The notes beneath the pieces are model-generated. The model did not search any database and had not been told where the DNA came from. It saw only the letters and a list, made by a program, of their open reading frames with translations. Positions 19,517 through 29,981 of a stretch of 64,000 nt of DNA are shown piece after piece; the first letter of the stretch is position 1; every line of letters starts with the position of its first letter. The stretch covers positions 25,417 through 89,416 of the forward strand of contig JBBISI010000004.1 of NCBI GenBank assembly GCA_037441405.1, read 5' to 3'. The translations under genes and the position numbers were made by a program. This DNA is from Candidatus Cloacimonadota bacterium (GTDB lineage: Bacteria; Cloacimonadota; Cloacimonadia; Cloacimonadales; Cloacimonadaceae).

Positions 19517-20305
19517 ATGCAATATGAACCCTTGAAAGAAAGAATCTTAACTCTGATTAACGTAATACCAGGATTTCGTAGGATATTCTATTATTTGCTT
19601 GATAGAATATTGCTTAGACAGATGTATGTGAAGCATTACATCATTAAGTATTATGATAAGCGCGATTCATTCTACGTTTACGATGCAGGAGCAGGGTATT
19701 GCCAATACTGCGATTTTATTCTGTCCCGGTGGCCTGGCACTTCGGTATTGGCCACCGATTTGAAACCCAATTATCTGGAATCCTACGCTCTGGATGTAAG
19801 CAGCAAATTTGCTGGTCGCTTCATTTACAAACATGCGGACTTGCAGTTTTATCGACCTCAGCGACGATTTGATCTGATATTGGCGATCGATGTCTTGGAG
19901 CATATTGCTGATGATAAGGGGGTTTTGAAGATATTTTTTGACTCTTTGAAGGATAGGGGAAAATTGATAATATCGACCCCTTCGGCTTGGGACGTGGCAG
20001 CTAAATTTACCGAAGAGCATATCCGATCCGGTTATGATATGGATGATCTGGTGAGCAAATTGAGGGATTGCGGTTTTAAGTTAACTGATAGCAGCTGTAC
20101 ATATGGATGGTGGGGGCATGCATCGTGGGTATTGCTGATCAAGTGTCCGCTAAAGCTGTTGCACCGCAGCAGTTATCTTGTTTTGCTGCTCCCCCTGTAC
20201 TATGTTTTGGTGTATCCGCTTGCCTGGCTGCTGATGAAACTGGATTTTTGGGTAAAAAAAACCAAAGGGACGGGGATTCTGTTGGTGGCTGAGAAAGTGG
20301 ATTAG
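19517..20305 (+). CDS. Class I SAM-dependent methyltransferase with a hydrophobic C-terminus
   Basis: Motif I VYDAGAGYCQY and a post-I acidic residue (LATDL), then FDLILAIDVLEHI. C-terminal TM-like segments. Confidence 0.75.
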   Translation: MQYEPLKERILTLINVIPGFRRIFYYLLDRILLRQMYVKHYIIKYYDKRDSFYVYDAGAGYCQYCDFILSRWPGTSVLATDLKPNYLESYALDVSSKFAGRFIYKHADLQFYRPQRRFDLILAIDVLEHIADDKGVLKIFFDSLKDRGKLIISTPSAWDVAAKFTEEHIRSGYDMDDLVSKLRDCGFKLTDSSCTYGWWGHASWVLLIKCPLKLLHRSSYLVLLLPLYYVLVYPLAWLLMKLDFWVKKTKGTGILLVAEKVD

Positions 20306-21042
20306 ATAGAGCGGACAAAGATCTCGATGGCGTTTTTACTGCCCCATTCGACTAAGTTCTGACAGGCAGGATGATTGATCAGGTGGATGATCGTATCCCG
20401 GGAGAGTTTGATATATCCACCATCGTTATTTGCCAAGTCTTCCAAGGTGTCATTATAACGGCACTGCTGGAGGTAAAACTTATCTCCGGGCTTTAGTAAT
20501 TCTCTGATCTGCGTGATATCTTTCCAATTGAAGAGGACATTAAAAAAAGTGGTGCGGAATTCATATCCTTTACCGGATTCACGGATCAGACCCATGCTCC
20601 TGGTAATCGTTTCGCCACTTGTATCCGATCGGGTTATCAATGGATACAAAGGCAGTGGTGCCTTGATATCCATCGCCCAACAGTCCACAAGACCCTCATT
20701 TATGAGCTCATTGATCACGAGAGGATTACTACCGTTGGTGTCGAGTTTGATGAGAAATCCCATGCCCCGGATCTCTCTCAAAAAAGGGATCAGGTCATCT
20801 TGGAAGGTGGGTTCTCCGCCGGTAATCGTCACGGCAGTAAGTTTGTTTTTTCGGGTTCTGAGAAAATCCCAGAATTCGTTTTCATCGATCGGTTTGGAAT
20901 AACGGCTGGGATCCACCAATTGTGGATTGTGACAATAGGGACAGCGGAAATTGCAACCCTGGGTAAAGACAATGGCTGACAATTGTCCCGGATATTCCAA
21001 CAGGGAGAACTTTTGGAAGCCCCCGATGATCATTGCCTGCAA
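20302..21042 (-). CDS. nrdG: Anaerobic ribonucleoside-triphosphate reductase activating protein (radical SAM)
   Basis: GCNFRCPYCHNPQL CxxxCxxC motif. Lies immediately downstream of nrdD. Confidence 0.9.
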   Translation of the reverse strand: MQAMIIGGFQKFSLLEYPGQLSAIVFTQGCNFRCPYCHNPQLVDPSRYSKPIDENEFWDFLRTRKNKLTAVTITGGEPTFQDDLIPFLREIRGMGFLIKLDTNGSNPLVINELINEGLVDCWAMDIKAPLPLYPLITRSDTSGETITRSMGLIRESGKGYEFRTTFFNVLFNWKDITQIRELLKPGDKFYLQQCRYNDTLEDLANNDGGYIKLSRDTIIHLINHPACQNLVEWGSKNAIEIFVRSI

Positions 21043-23132
21043 TTCCGGGTTTCTATCTCTTGGCTAAATGTCTTACGCAGTTTGAATTCGGCTTTTTTGC
21101 CATCGTTCCATTGGGAAACAGGTCTCAAATAACCAACGATACGGGAATAGATCTCCGTCTCATTGTTACAATAGGGGCAGATCGTCAACTCGCCATCCAG
21201 ATAACCATGTTCCGGACAAATGCTGAAGGTCGGCGAAAATGTAAAATAGGGGAGATGATAGCGATTGCAGATAGTTTTGACCAGTTTTTTGATACTTTCA
21301 GCATGTTCCACCCGTTCTCCGCCAAAGATATGCAGAACAGTTCCACCGGTATATTTTTTCTGTAGATCGTCCTGCAGATCGAGAACTTCAAAGATATCCG
21401 ATGAATAATTGACCGGTAGTTGCGTGGAATTAGTGTAAAATGGAGTGGAACCACCAGAATTGGCATTGATGATATCAGGGAATTGCTTGCGGTCGCTGAG
21501 GGCAAGCCGGTAACTGGTTCCTTCGGCGGGCGTCGCTTCCAGGTTGTAGTTATTCCCGGTTTCTTCCTGGAATTTGATCAATTCGGCTCGAATATGATCC
21601 ATTACCTGGAGGGCAAAATCCTTTCCTCTGCCGCTCCCGATAGTGCAATTGAGAAGATTGAGGCATGCTTCGTTCATCCCAATGATCCCGATGGTGGAAA
21701 AGTGGTTTTTCCAATACTGGTGGAATCGCTCGTAGATTTGTTTGAGGTAGAATTTCGTATAGGGATACAGACCGTTTTGTGTGTAGTATTCCAATACCTT
21801 ACGCTTGATCTCCAAACTATTCTTGGCAAGAGTGAGCACTTCATCCAAACGCGAGATAAAATCATTCTCATCTTCAGCGAGATAACCCAAACGGGGCATA
21901 TTGATCGTTACCACGCCGATCGACCCGGTCAGGGGATTAGCACCAAACAGACCTCCGCCTCTGGTTTCAAGCGATCGTGTATCCAGTCGTAAACGGCAAC
22001 ACATCGATCTGGCATCATCGGGATTAAGATCGGAATTTATAAAATTGGAAAAATAGGGAATGCCATATTTGGCGGTCACTTCCCAGAGAAAAGCTAGCGC
22101 GGGATTGTCCCAATCAAAGTCATGCGTGATATTATAGGTCGGAATCGGGAAAGTGAAAACCCTGCCTTTGGCGTCACCCTCGATCATGACTTCCAGAAAT
22201 GCCTTGTTCAGAATCTCCATCTCTGCCTGAAAATCCGCATAGGTCAGTTTCTGTGGCTTGCCTCCGACAATAACTGCCTGATCAGCATACGTTTTTGGTG
22301 GTTTGAGATCAAGTGTGATATTTGTAAAAGGTGTTTGAAAACCAACTCGAGTAGGAACGTTGATATTGAAAACGAATTCCTGCAGGGCTTGCTTGACCTC
22401 ACGATAACTCAATCCGTCATAACGGATAAAAGGTGCCAGCAAAGTATCAAAATTGGAAAATGCTTGTGCACCTGCCGCTTCGCCTTGCAGCGTGTAAAAG
22501 AAATTTACTATATGACCCAAAGCGCTGCGGAAATGTTTAGCAGGACTGCTTTCCACCTTGCCTTCCGCTCCACAAAAGCCCATCATCAGCATCTGCATCA
22601 GATCCCAACCCACACAATAAACCGAAAGCAATCCCAAGTCATGAATATGAAAGTCACCATTGACATGTGCTTGGCGAATCTCCGGAGGATAGATCTTATT
22701 GAGCCAATAGGTCTTACTTACTTCTGCAGAGATGTAGTTATTCAAGCCCTGCAATGAATATGCCATATTGGAATTTTCGTTTACCTGCCAGTCAAGTTTC
22801 TCCAGATATTGATCGATCAGATTCACGCCTGCCGTGGAAACCATCTCTCTGATCCGGGCATGCTGATCACGATAGATGATATACGCTTTGGCAGTCTTTT
22901 TATACGGTGAAGCCAACAGTACTTCCTCCACTATATCCTGAATCCTCTCGACCTCGATGGTGTCTTCCGATAAAATCTGCGGTGCCACATTCATTACCCT
23001 CAAAGCCAAAACTTCGGCAATGTCCGGCCCATATTCTCCCGTCGCCAGCCCTGCTTTCAATATGGCTGTTTTGATCTTGGTGCGATCAAACTGTACAACC
23101 TGGCCATTTCGTTTCCGGATTTTCGAAAACAT
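21030..23132 (-). CDS. nrdD: Anaerobic ribonucleoside-triphosphate reductase
   Basis: 700 aa. N-terminal ATP-cone (KRNGQVVQFDRTKI), C-terminal Zn ribbon CPEHGY...CPYCN and glycyl-radical region RIVGYLRP. Confidence 0.95.
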   Translation of the reverse strand: MFSKIRKRNGQVVQFDRTKIKTAILKAGLATGEYGPDIAEVLALRVMNVAPQILSEDTIEVERIQDIVEEVLLASPYKKTAKAYIIYRDQHARIREMVSTAGVNLIDQYLEKLDWQVNENSNMAYSLQGLNNYISAEVSKTYWLNKIYPPEIRQAHVNGDFHIHDLGLLSVYCVGWDLMQMLMMGFCGAEGKVESSPAKHFRSALGHIVNFFYTLQGEAAGAQAFSNFDTLLAPFIRYDGLSYREVKQALQEFVFNINVPTRVGFQTPFTNITLDLKPPKTYADQAVIVGGKPQKLTYADFQAEMEILNKAFLEVMIEGDAKGRVFTFPIPTYNITHDFDWDNPALAFLWEVTAKYGIPYFSNFINSDLNPDDARSMCCRLRLDTRSLETRGGGLFGANPLTGSIGVVTINMPRLGYLAEDENDFISRLDEVLTLAKNSLEIKRKVLEYYTQNGLYPYTKFYLKQIYERFHQYWKNHFSTIGIIGMNEACLNLLNCTIGSGRGKDFALQVMDHIRAELIKFQEETGNNYNLEATPAEGTSYRLALSDRKQFPDIINANSGGSTPFYTNSTQLPVNYSSDIFEVLDLQDDLQKKYTGGTVLHIFGGERVEHAESIKKLVKTICNRYHLPYFTFSPTFSICPEHGYLDGELTICPYCNNETEIYSRIVGYLRPVSQWNDGKKAEFKLRKTFSQEIETRNCRQ

Positions 23133-24001
23133 CCAATCCTCCAGTGTCGTTAGAAAACAATAATTTATTATCTCATAATTGGTTACATGCTCAGATAGAA
23201 ATTACGTATTGCTCCTATCAGCATACATAACGGCTACGAAATAGAAAGTTACTAATCTGTCAAGTTAAGAATGATGATCGCTGGTTATGAGGGTTAACTA
23301 CCTTATTCCAAAAGTAAATACCGTTATTGGATTATGACTAAAACACATAGATCGGATCGATCTAAGATCATGCCGATCGCTACAGCAGTTGTAACATCAT
23401 GAGAATGTGTATGATAAAGAAATACCTATATAAGCGCGAAACAGTGTCTTTTTTTATCCACAAAAGCCCAGGCTTGATAAAACTTAAATCATGTTGGGTC
23501 CCAAATGTTGGTGAAAGTTCAAACTCATTGTATTTCAGGTTCTTTGAGGGCATTAGGTATCCCTCGTTACTCACAATTTATGTAAGGCCAAACGACCGGG
23601 TATATTGTTTTCATCTTGTTAATCCAGGTCTTTTTCATCAGAAGCTACCTTGTAGCGCCGGGCTGGAGCCCTGTGGAGTAACGGCAAGCAGAGTTGAATA
23701 GAAGGGAAGTTCGGGAATGACTGATTCAGTTATAACTTCAAAATTGCTTATGCTGATCCCGTTATGGGAACTATCCACCAGACGTAGATTTTGAATTTGA
23801 ATCGCGGGACTAATCAGATTTACTCACATGCTTTGATGATCGATATGCAAGATTTGCAGCGGTTAAGCAAGGGTAGAGTGGCAATCAAAAAGCAAGCAAC
23901 AGCACCATCGTCGTAAGATACGATTTAATCATCACTTAAATACATCAACTCAAACTAAACGGACTCGACGATCAGGTCTTCGGGTCCGCGTTTATTTAAA
24001 C

Positions 24002-25060
<1,059 letters not shown>

Positions 25061-25254
25061 CCCTTTCCTCCAGCTGGGTGGATTTTATAGTAAAGTTGCT
25101 AACTCTTCTGATACAGTGCAATTATTATTCCCTTGAAAGACTAAAATCCATTCCGCAGGTTTTTTCTGAGTTTCGATACTGAATATGAAATGGAGACCAT
25201 GCCTGTAAAAGAATGAAAACCAACGAATGAGTGCCTGTCCGAAGAGCCTAGCAG

Positions 25255-25389
25255 ATACTGGAATCACCAATTTCTCCTTACTCCATAACCTTAGTATAAC
25301 CTTACGGTCGTAAGGTTATACTAAGGTTATACTAAGGTTATCAAGTAAGGAGGATAGTAGTTAACTACTCTGAATTATGCAAGGGTCTT
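25255..25389 (+). repeat. Foldback element copy 3, short form (core 25281-25352, centre GGTC)
   Basis: It has the left end ATACTGGAATCACCAATTTC and the right end CTCTGAATTATGCAAGGGTCTT seen in the long forms at 38.3 and 51.3 kb, but lacks their ~190-nt internal segment. Confidence 0.85.
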
Positions 25390-25416
25390 GTCCGGTTTCA
25401 TTTGGGTTATCTATCC

Positions 25417-26439
25417 TTATAACCTACGGGTTCCTTTGGTGGAGAATGCGTTTACATCCAAGTTTGAATATTCATGGCTGGTGTACTTTGTCACGGCGGC
25501 GGCAGCAACCATCGCGGCATTATCAAGGCATAGTTTTATCGAAGGGTATAGAACATTGATCCGATGTTTTTGAGCCGTTTCTCTCATGAGACGACGGAGG
25601 AGGGAATTTGCGGCGACACCACCGGCAAGCAGAATGGTTTGAACGTGATTTTCCCGGCACCATCTTACTGTCTTGTGAACAAGGGGTTCAACGATCGCTG
25701 CTTGTATGGATGCTGCGAGATTATTGATGTGACGATTCCGGTAATCCTGATCCTGGTTGGCAAGATGTTTCTTGATGGCGGTTTTGAGGCCGCTGTAACT
25801 GAGATTGTAATTATCTTTGCGGCTAAGTGCACGCGGAAACGAAAGAAATCCATCATCTCCGGTTTTGGCAAGGTCATCGATCACCGGACCCCCGGGGAAT
25901 GGTAATCCCAGCAATTTCGCTGCTTTGTCAAAGGTCTCTCCGGCAGCATCATCAAGGGTCTTGCCAATAACTTCAAATTCAAGCTCAGATTTGAAATAAA
26001 CCAGTTCGGTATGACCCCCGGATACCACCAAGGCTACAAAAGGCGGCTTTAAATCGGAATGTTCGAGGTAATTGGCAAAGATGTGAGCCAGCAGGTGATT
26101 GACCGTTATTAAGGGGATATCCATACTCCAAGCCAAACTTTTGGCAAAAGATAATCCCACGATCAGTGATCCGATCAATCCTGGATTCACGGAGACGGCA
26201 ATGGCTGCGATCCGGCGTTGGTCTATTCCAGCAGTTTGTATAGCGGTCTCGGTAAGATAAAGTATATTCTTCATGTGTAATCGGGACGCCAGTTCGGGTA
26301 GGATACCACCAAAATCATCATGAGAGATCTGAGACGAGATGAGGTTGCAATGTATTTGGTAGGCGGTATCGACAATCGCTACAGATGTATCGTCGCAGGA
26401 TGATTCGAAAGCCAGTATCAGATCCTGGTTATCTTTCAT
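25417..26439 (-). CDS. tsaD: tRNA N6-adenosine threonylcarbamoyltransferase
   Basis: ILAFESSCDDTSVAIV, HMKNIL, GGVAANSLLR; 340 aa. Confidence 0.93.
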   Translation of the reverse strand: MKDNQDLILAFESSCDDTSVAIVDTAYQIHCNLISSQISHDDFGGILPELASRLHMKNILYLTETAIQTAGIDQRRIAAIAVSVNPGLIGSLIVGLSFAKSLAWSMDIPLITVNHLLAHIFANYLEHSDLKPPFVALVVSGGHTELVYFKSELEFEVIGKTLDDAAGETFDKAAKLLGLPFPGGPVIDDLAKTGDDGFLSFPRALSRKDNYNLSYSGLKTAIKKHLANQDQDYRNRHINNLAASIQAAIVEPLVHKTVRWCRENHVQTILLAGGVAANSLLRRLMRETAQKHRINVLYPSIKLCLDNAAMVAAAAVTKYTSHEYSNLDVNAFSTKGTRRL

Positions 26440-27310
26440 TTACGAGTACCCGGGCTGGTGTGATATCCAGTAATCTGATCATATTGGGAACTTCCACTAT
26501 TACCGTTTTAAATCCTCTCACATCCGGATCGGGAACCACCCTAGCTCTTATCATCGTGAGATCGAGGGTTTGGATCGCTTCCTTGTTTCCCTCCACTTTG
26601 ATCGTAACCCGGTTGGGAGTCGATTGTCTGTTTCCCTCCAGGCGTATCGGGATATTATCGATAATCCGTTGTTGGATCTCCTGGTCGATCAGTTCAATCG
26701 TGATCACCGGATCTAAAACAGAAATGTTAACAGCAGGGGATTCCAATTCAATTTCAAATTTTTCCTCGGCTAACATCACCGTAGTGATCGGGTTTGATCG
26801 TATCTGTCTGATGGCATCCAAAGCTCGTCTGGGACCGTAAATCCTTACGGTCTCTGGAGAAATGCGGTATCTGCCGGATTGATATGCATTGCGTGCTCCG
26901 AGGGAAGCGAATGTGATTTCGATGGGTACAGTACGGCTCTCATAGACATCAGTCTGAACGATAAGTTCTTCTTCGTGTGCTGGTTTTAAGATCTCGATAT
27001 CGAGGTTTTCGGGGATATCAATGTGGTAATTGGTCAGCGTGATCGGCAGGTTGCCATCCCTTAAGTTGCTGGCATCGATATCGACGTTGGCTCTTTTCAA
27101 AATCAAACGGATAATGTCTATGCCTTTGCCCCGGACGCCAAAGGAGAGTGTTTTGGGAACATCCTCCAAGGCGATATGGGCTGGCAACTTGGTGAGATTG
27201 ACCACGAACTTGACCGTTGTTTTATGATGTGATACCAGTATCGACTGAATCCAAATGAACAGGGCAAGCAGGACGGAGAAGATCTTGAGACCTATATTGT
27301 GACGGATCAT
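26429..27310 (-). CDS. YbbR-like domain protein (CdaR-like)
   Basis: N-terminal TM segment (LKIFSVLLALFIWIQS) followed by repeated YbbR-type beta domains. Confidence 0.7.
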   Translation of the reverse strand: MIRHNIGLKIFSVLLALFIWIQSILVSHHKTTVKFVVNLTKLPAHIALEDVPKTLSFGVRGKGIDIIRLILKRANVDIDASNLRDGNLPITLTNYHIDIPENLDIEILKPAHEEELIVQTDVYESRTVPIEITFASLGARNAYQSGRYRISPETVRIYGPRRALDAIRQIRSNPITTVMLAEEKFEIELESPAVNISVLDPVITIELIDQEIQQRIIDNIPIRLEGNRQSTPNRVTIKVEGNKEAIQTLDLTMIRARVVPDPDVRGFKTVIVEVPNMIRLLDITPARVLVNER

Positions 27311-28728
27311 GATTCCTGAGAGTAATCCGTGTTTTCTATTTTCATCAATTTAATCTTTTTATACAGGGTTGTTCGTTCCAAACCTATGGCTTTGGATGTT
27401 TGGCTTACACTCCAGTTATGGCGACTCAAATGATAAATTAGGTAATCTCGCTCAAAATCAAACATACTGTCTCTGATTTTACCCTGGAGGAAGTACTTGT
27501 TCGGGGTAAAATTGTTTTCATCACGTGATTTATAAATCTTGTTGTTCAAGTGCTTGATGATGACTTCGTTATTGATTTCTTTCTCGCTGATCATGATGAA
27601 CTTGCAGAAGTTTTTTAGTTCACGGATGTTACCCGGCCATGAATATGACAAGAGAAAGTCGCGCAGTTCACTCAGGTTGGAGTGGTCACTGAAACCAAAT
27701 TTTTCAGAATAACTGGTAATAAAATAACTTATTAGGAGGATGATATCATTTCCTCGCTCCCGCAAAGGGGGCAGTTCGACGATATTACCTTCTATCCTGT
27801 ATAACAGATCTGTACGGAAACTCGTGGGGTTGGACAGATTGGCAAGCGGTGAATTGGTAGCAAAGATCAAGCGGGTATCCACTTTTTTGAGCTTTCCACC
27901 GACCACATGTATCTCTTTGTTTTCAATAGAACGTAAGATCTTGGATTGAGCAGGAAGTGAAAGATGGGTAACCTCATCAAGAAAGAGGATCCCTTCGCGG
28001 CACTCTTCAAAAAAACCAACCTCATACTTATTGTCGCTAGGGAAAGTGCTCTTTGCATGCCCAAAAAGTTCCGATTCGATCAAAGTTTCCGTAAGCGCAC
28101 TGCAGTTGATCGTGTGGAATGGTTTGCCAAAACGGTGGGAATTAATGTAGTAATAATTGGCGGCGATCTCTTTACCAGTGCCGGTTTCGCCAACTAAAAA
28201 AAGATCTTCGTCCGCCTGAGCTAGTTTGATGATTTGGGATCGGACGCGAACGATGGATTCGTCTTCACCGATAAAAGGAAAACTGCGGGTGAATTGCTTT
28301 TTGAGCATGATGTTCTCGATATGAAGACCGATGTTCTCTTCTTCCTGGTGTTTGAGAAGAACAGCATTCTCGATATGGAGAAGCAAATGATTGACGTTGA
28401 AATTGGCACCTTTTTCAATGAAGTGATAAGCGCCCAGATTTCTTATCTCCTCGATTTGTGGGCTAGTAACCTCACCGGATATGACTATTATTTTGTAGTT
28501 TAAATCATGATTGTTCTTTAAATACTTCAATACTTGAATGCCATTTAATCTGCTGCCAATAAGATACACATCAAGCAACACAACATCTGGCTTGAAATTG
28601 CGTAACTCCTGGAAAAACACATCGCTGTTTATGGTGTGCTTGGCTTCAAACCCGTTTTTCGTCAGAAGGACAGATATCTGTTTTGCCAAAATCAGATCGT
28701 CTTCGAGAATAATAACTTTGCCTTTCAT
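27307..28728 (-). CDS. Response regulator with AAA+ sigma54-interaction-type domain and Fis-type HTH (GAFTGA loop degenerate)
   Basis: REC domain (VIILEDD...VVLLDVYL), Walker A GETGTGKE, Walker B ILFLDEV, GNIRELKN, and a C-terminal HTH. The ATG at 28728 follows AAGGGGA; the ORF-track start at 28842 overlaps the upstream gene. Where GAFTGA is expected the sequence reads KSTFPSD. Confidence 0.85.
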   Translation of the reverse strand: MKGKVIILEDDLILAKQISVLLTKNGFEAKHTINSDVFFQELRNFKPDVVLLDVYLIGSRLNGIQVLKYLKNNHDLNYKIIVISGEVTSPQIEEIRNLGAYHFIEKGANFNVNHLLLHIENAVLLKHQEEENIGLHIENIMLKKQFTRSFPFIGEDESIVRVRSQIIKLAQADEDLFLVGETGTGKEIAANYYYINSHRFGKPFHTINCSALTETLIESELFGHAKSTFPSDNKYEVGFFEECREGILFLDEVTHLSLPAQSKILRSIENKEIHVVGGKLKKVDTRLIFATNSPLANLSNPTSFRTDLLYRIEGNIVELPPLRERGNDIILLISYFITSYSEKFGFSDHSNLSELRDFLLSYSWPGNIRELKNFCKFIMISEKEINNEVIIKHLNNKIYKSRDENNFTPNKYFLQGKIRDSMFDFERDYLIYHLSRHNWSVSQTSKAIGLERTTLYKKIKLMKIENTDYSQES

Positions 28729-28741
28729 TACAGATCCCCTT

Positions 28742-29944
28742 TTATAATATTCGTTCTTCCAAATCCGCCAGAGCATTGATATAATAGATATATGCCTGTT
28801 CAGGTGAATCATAAGGAGAGAAATATTTGTGAACGTCGCCATCCTGGAAGTATTTGGTACACATATAATAGAAGTGATCGGAAGTGCTCAGTAGACGCGC
28901 TTCCCTGAGCAACTGCTCATCGCCTTTGCACCGGATTGTTTCGTAGAGGTTATACAGCGTTTCGATAGCGTTCTTTTGCAAGTCATTATCCAGCCAAGCC
29001 GAGAGGTCGCGCTGTTCGTCTGCCCATGATACAGCTTCCGGGAAAGAGATGGATTCCTGCTGATAATTTGCCAAATGTACAGCTTCCATAGGATTGGCAA
29101 AACCGATATTGCCCTTCTCCAATGCCTTGCTGGGAAAATACTTCATAAATTCAAAAATCCCTGATTCTGCCCATTGATGTTCGCCAAAGGTCTCATAATC
29201 CATAAAAAGATTGAGGAACTGATTGCGATTGCCTGTCTCGCATAGGGTAAGGTGATCGATCCAATTGACAAATTTGTCCACTGTAAGCGGATATTCTGGC
29301 CAGTCACGATTGGAAAAACGGAATGCTATATCATCGGCAAGTTGGTAATACTTGAGTAGTAACGTGATGTCTTTGCTATAGTTTTTGTAGGCATACAAGG
29401 GGGAACGCCATTGTAAGATCCGATCCACACCTTCGGTGAGAATGGTCTTGTATCCTTCTATTTCATATATCAGACCGGAAAGCGAATCCTGATAGATCAA
29501 TTCGGTATTACGAAAAGTTACTGGGTTGTAGCCGAATTTGTCTATCATCAATTGTCTATGCATCGCCACCTGATCGAGGAATTCATTGATGTTATACAAA
29601 AAACTCAGCGAGTGAAAATAGGTCTCGCCCAGTAATTCCACACTGCCGGTTCCTACCAGTTTTTCGAATGATTCGATCACTTCCGGTGCGTATTGGGCAA
29701 ATTGCTCATACGCGGTTCCAGTGATGGAAAAGGCGATCTTGAATCTGCCCTCGCATTGCTTGATCAAGTCCAATAGCAGGGCATTGGTAGGCAGGTAACA
29801 TTTCTGTGCCACTTTTTGCATAACGGCTCTATTGAGATCATCATCAAACATCGATCTGCCGCTTCCCACGTCCAGGACGTTCATATGTCGTAACCGGTAG
29901 GGCTGATGGACTTGAAAATAAAGCACGATAAACAGCACCATCAC
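28742..29944 (-). CDS. Glycoside hydrolase family 57 (alpha-amylase/branching-type)
   Basis: N-terminal YFQVHQPYRL and a GH57-like layout; 400 aa. Sits in the glycogen gene cluster. Confidence 0.75.
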   Translation of the reverse strand: MMVLFIVLYFQVHQPYRLRHMNVLDVGSGRSMFDDDLNRAVMQKVAQKCYLPTNALLLDLIKQCEGRFKIAFSITGTAYEQFAQYAPEVIESFEKLVGTGSVELLGETYFHSLSFLYNINEFLDQVAMHRQLMIDKFGYNPVTFRNTELIYQDSLSGLIYEIEGYKTILTEGVDRILQWRSPLYAYKNYSKDITLLLKYYQLADDIAFRFSNRDWPEYPLTVDKFVNWIDHLTLCETGNRNQFLNLFMDYETFGEHQWAESGIFEFMKYFPSKALEKGNIGFANPMEAVHLANYQQESISFPEAVSWADEQRDLSAWLDNDLQKNAIETLYNLYETIRCKGDEQLLREARLLSTSDHFYYMCTKYFQDGDVHKYFSPYDSPEQAYIYYINALADLEERIL

Positions 29945-29981
29945 TCCCTATCTTGGTAATGAACTCTCGATTTACCGTATT

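Noticed and set aside
23335-23412. NrdR boxes upstream of nrdD (ACACATAGAT, ACATCATGAGAATGTGT)
   Set aside because: Both are poor palindromes. Their spacing (~50 nt) does not fit the tandem-box arrangement of about three helical turns, and they lie over 200 nt from the start codon.
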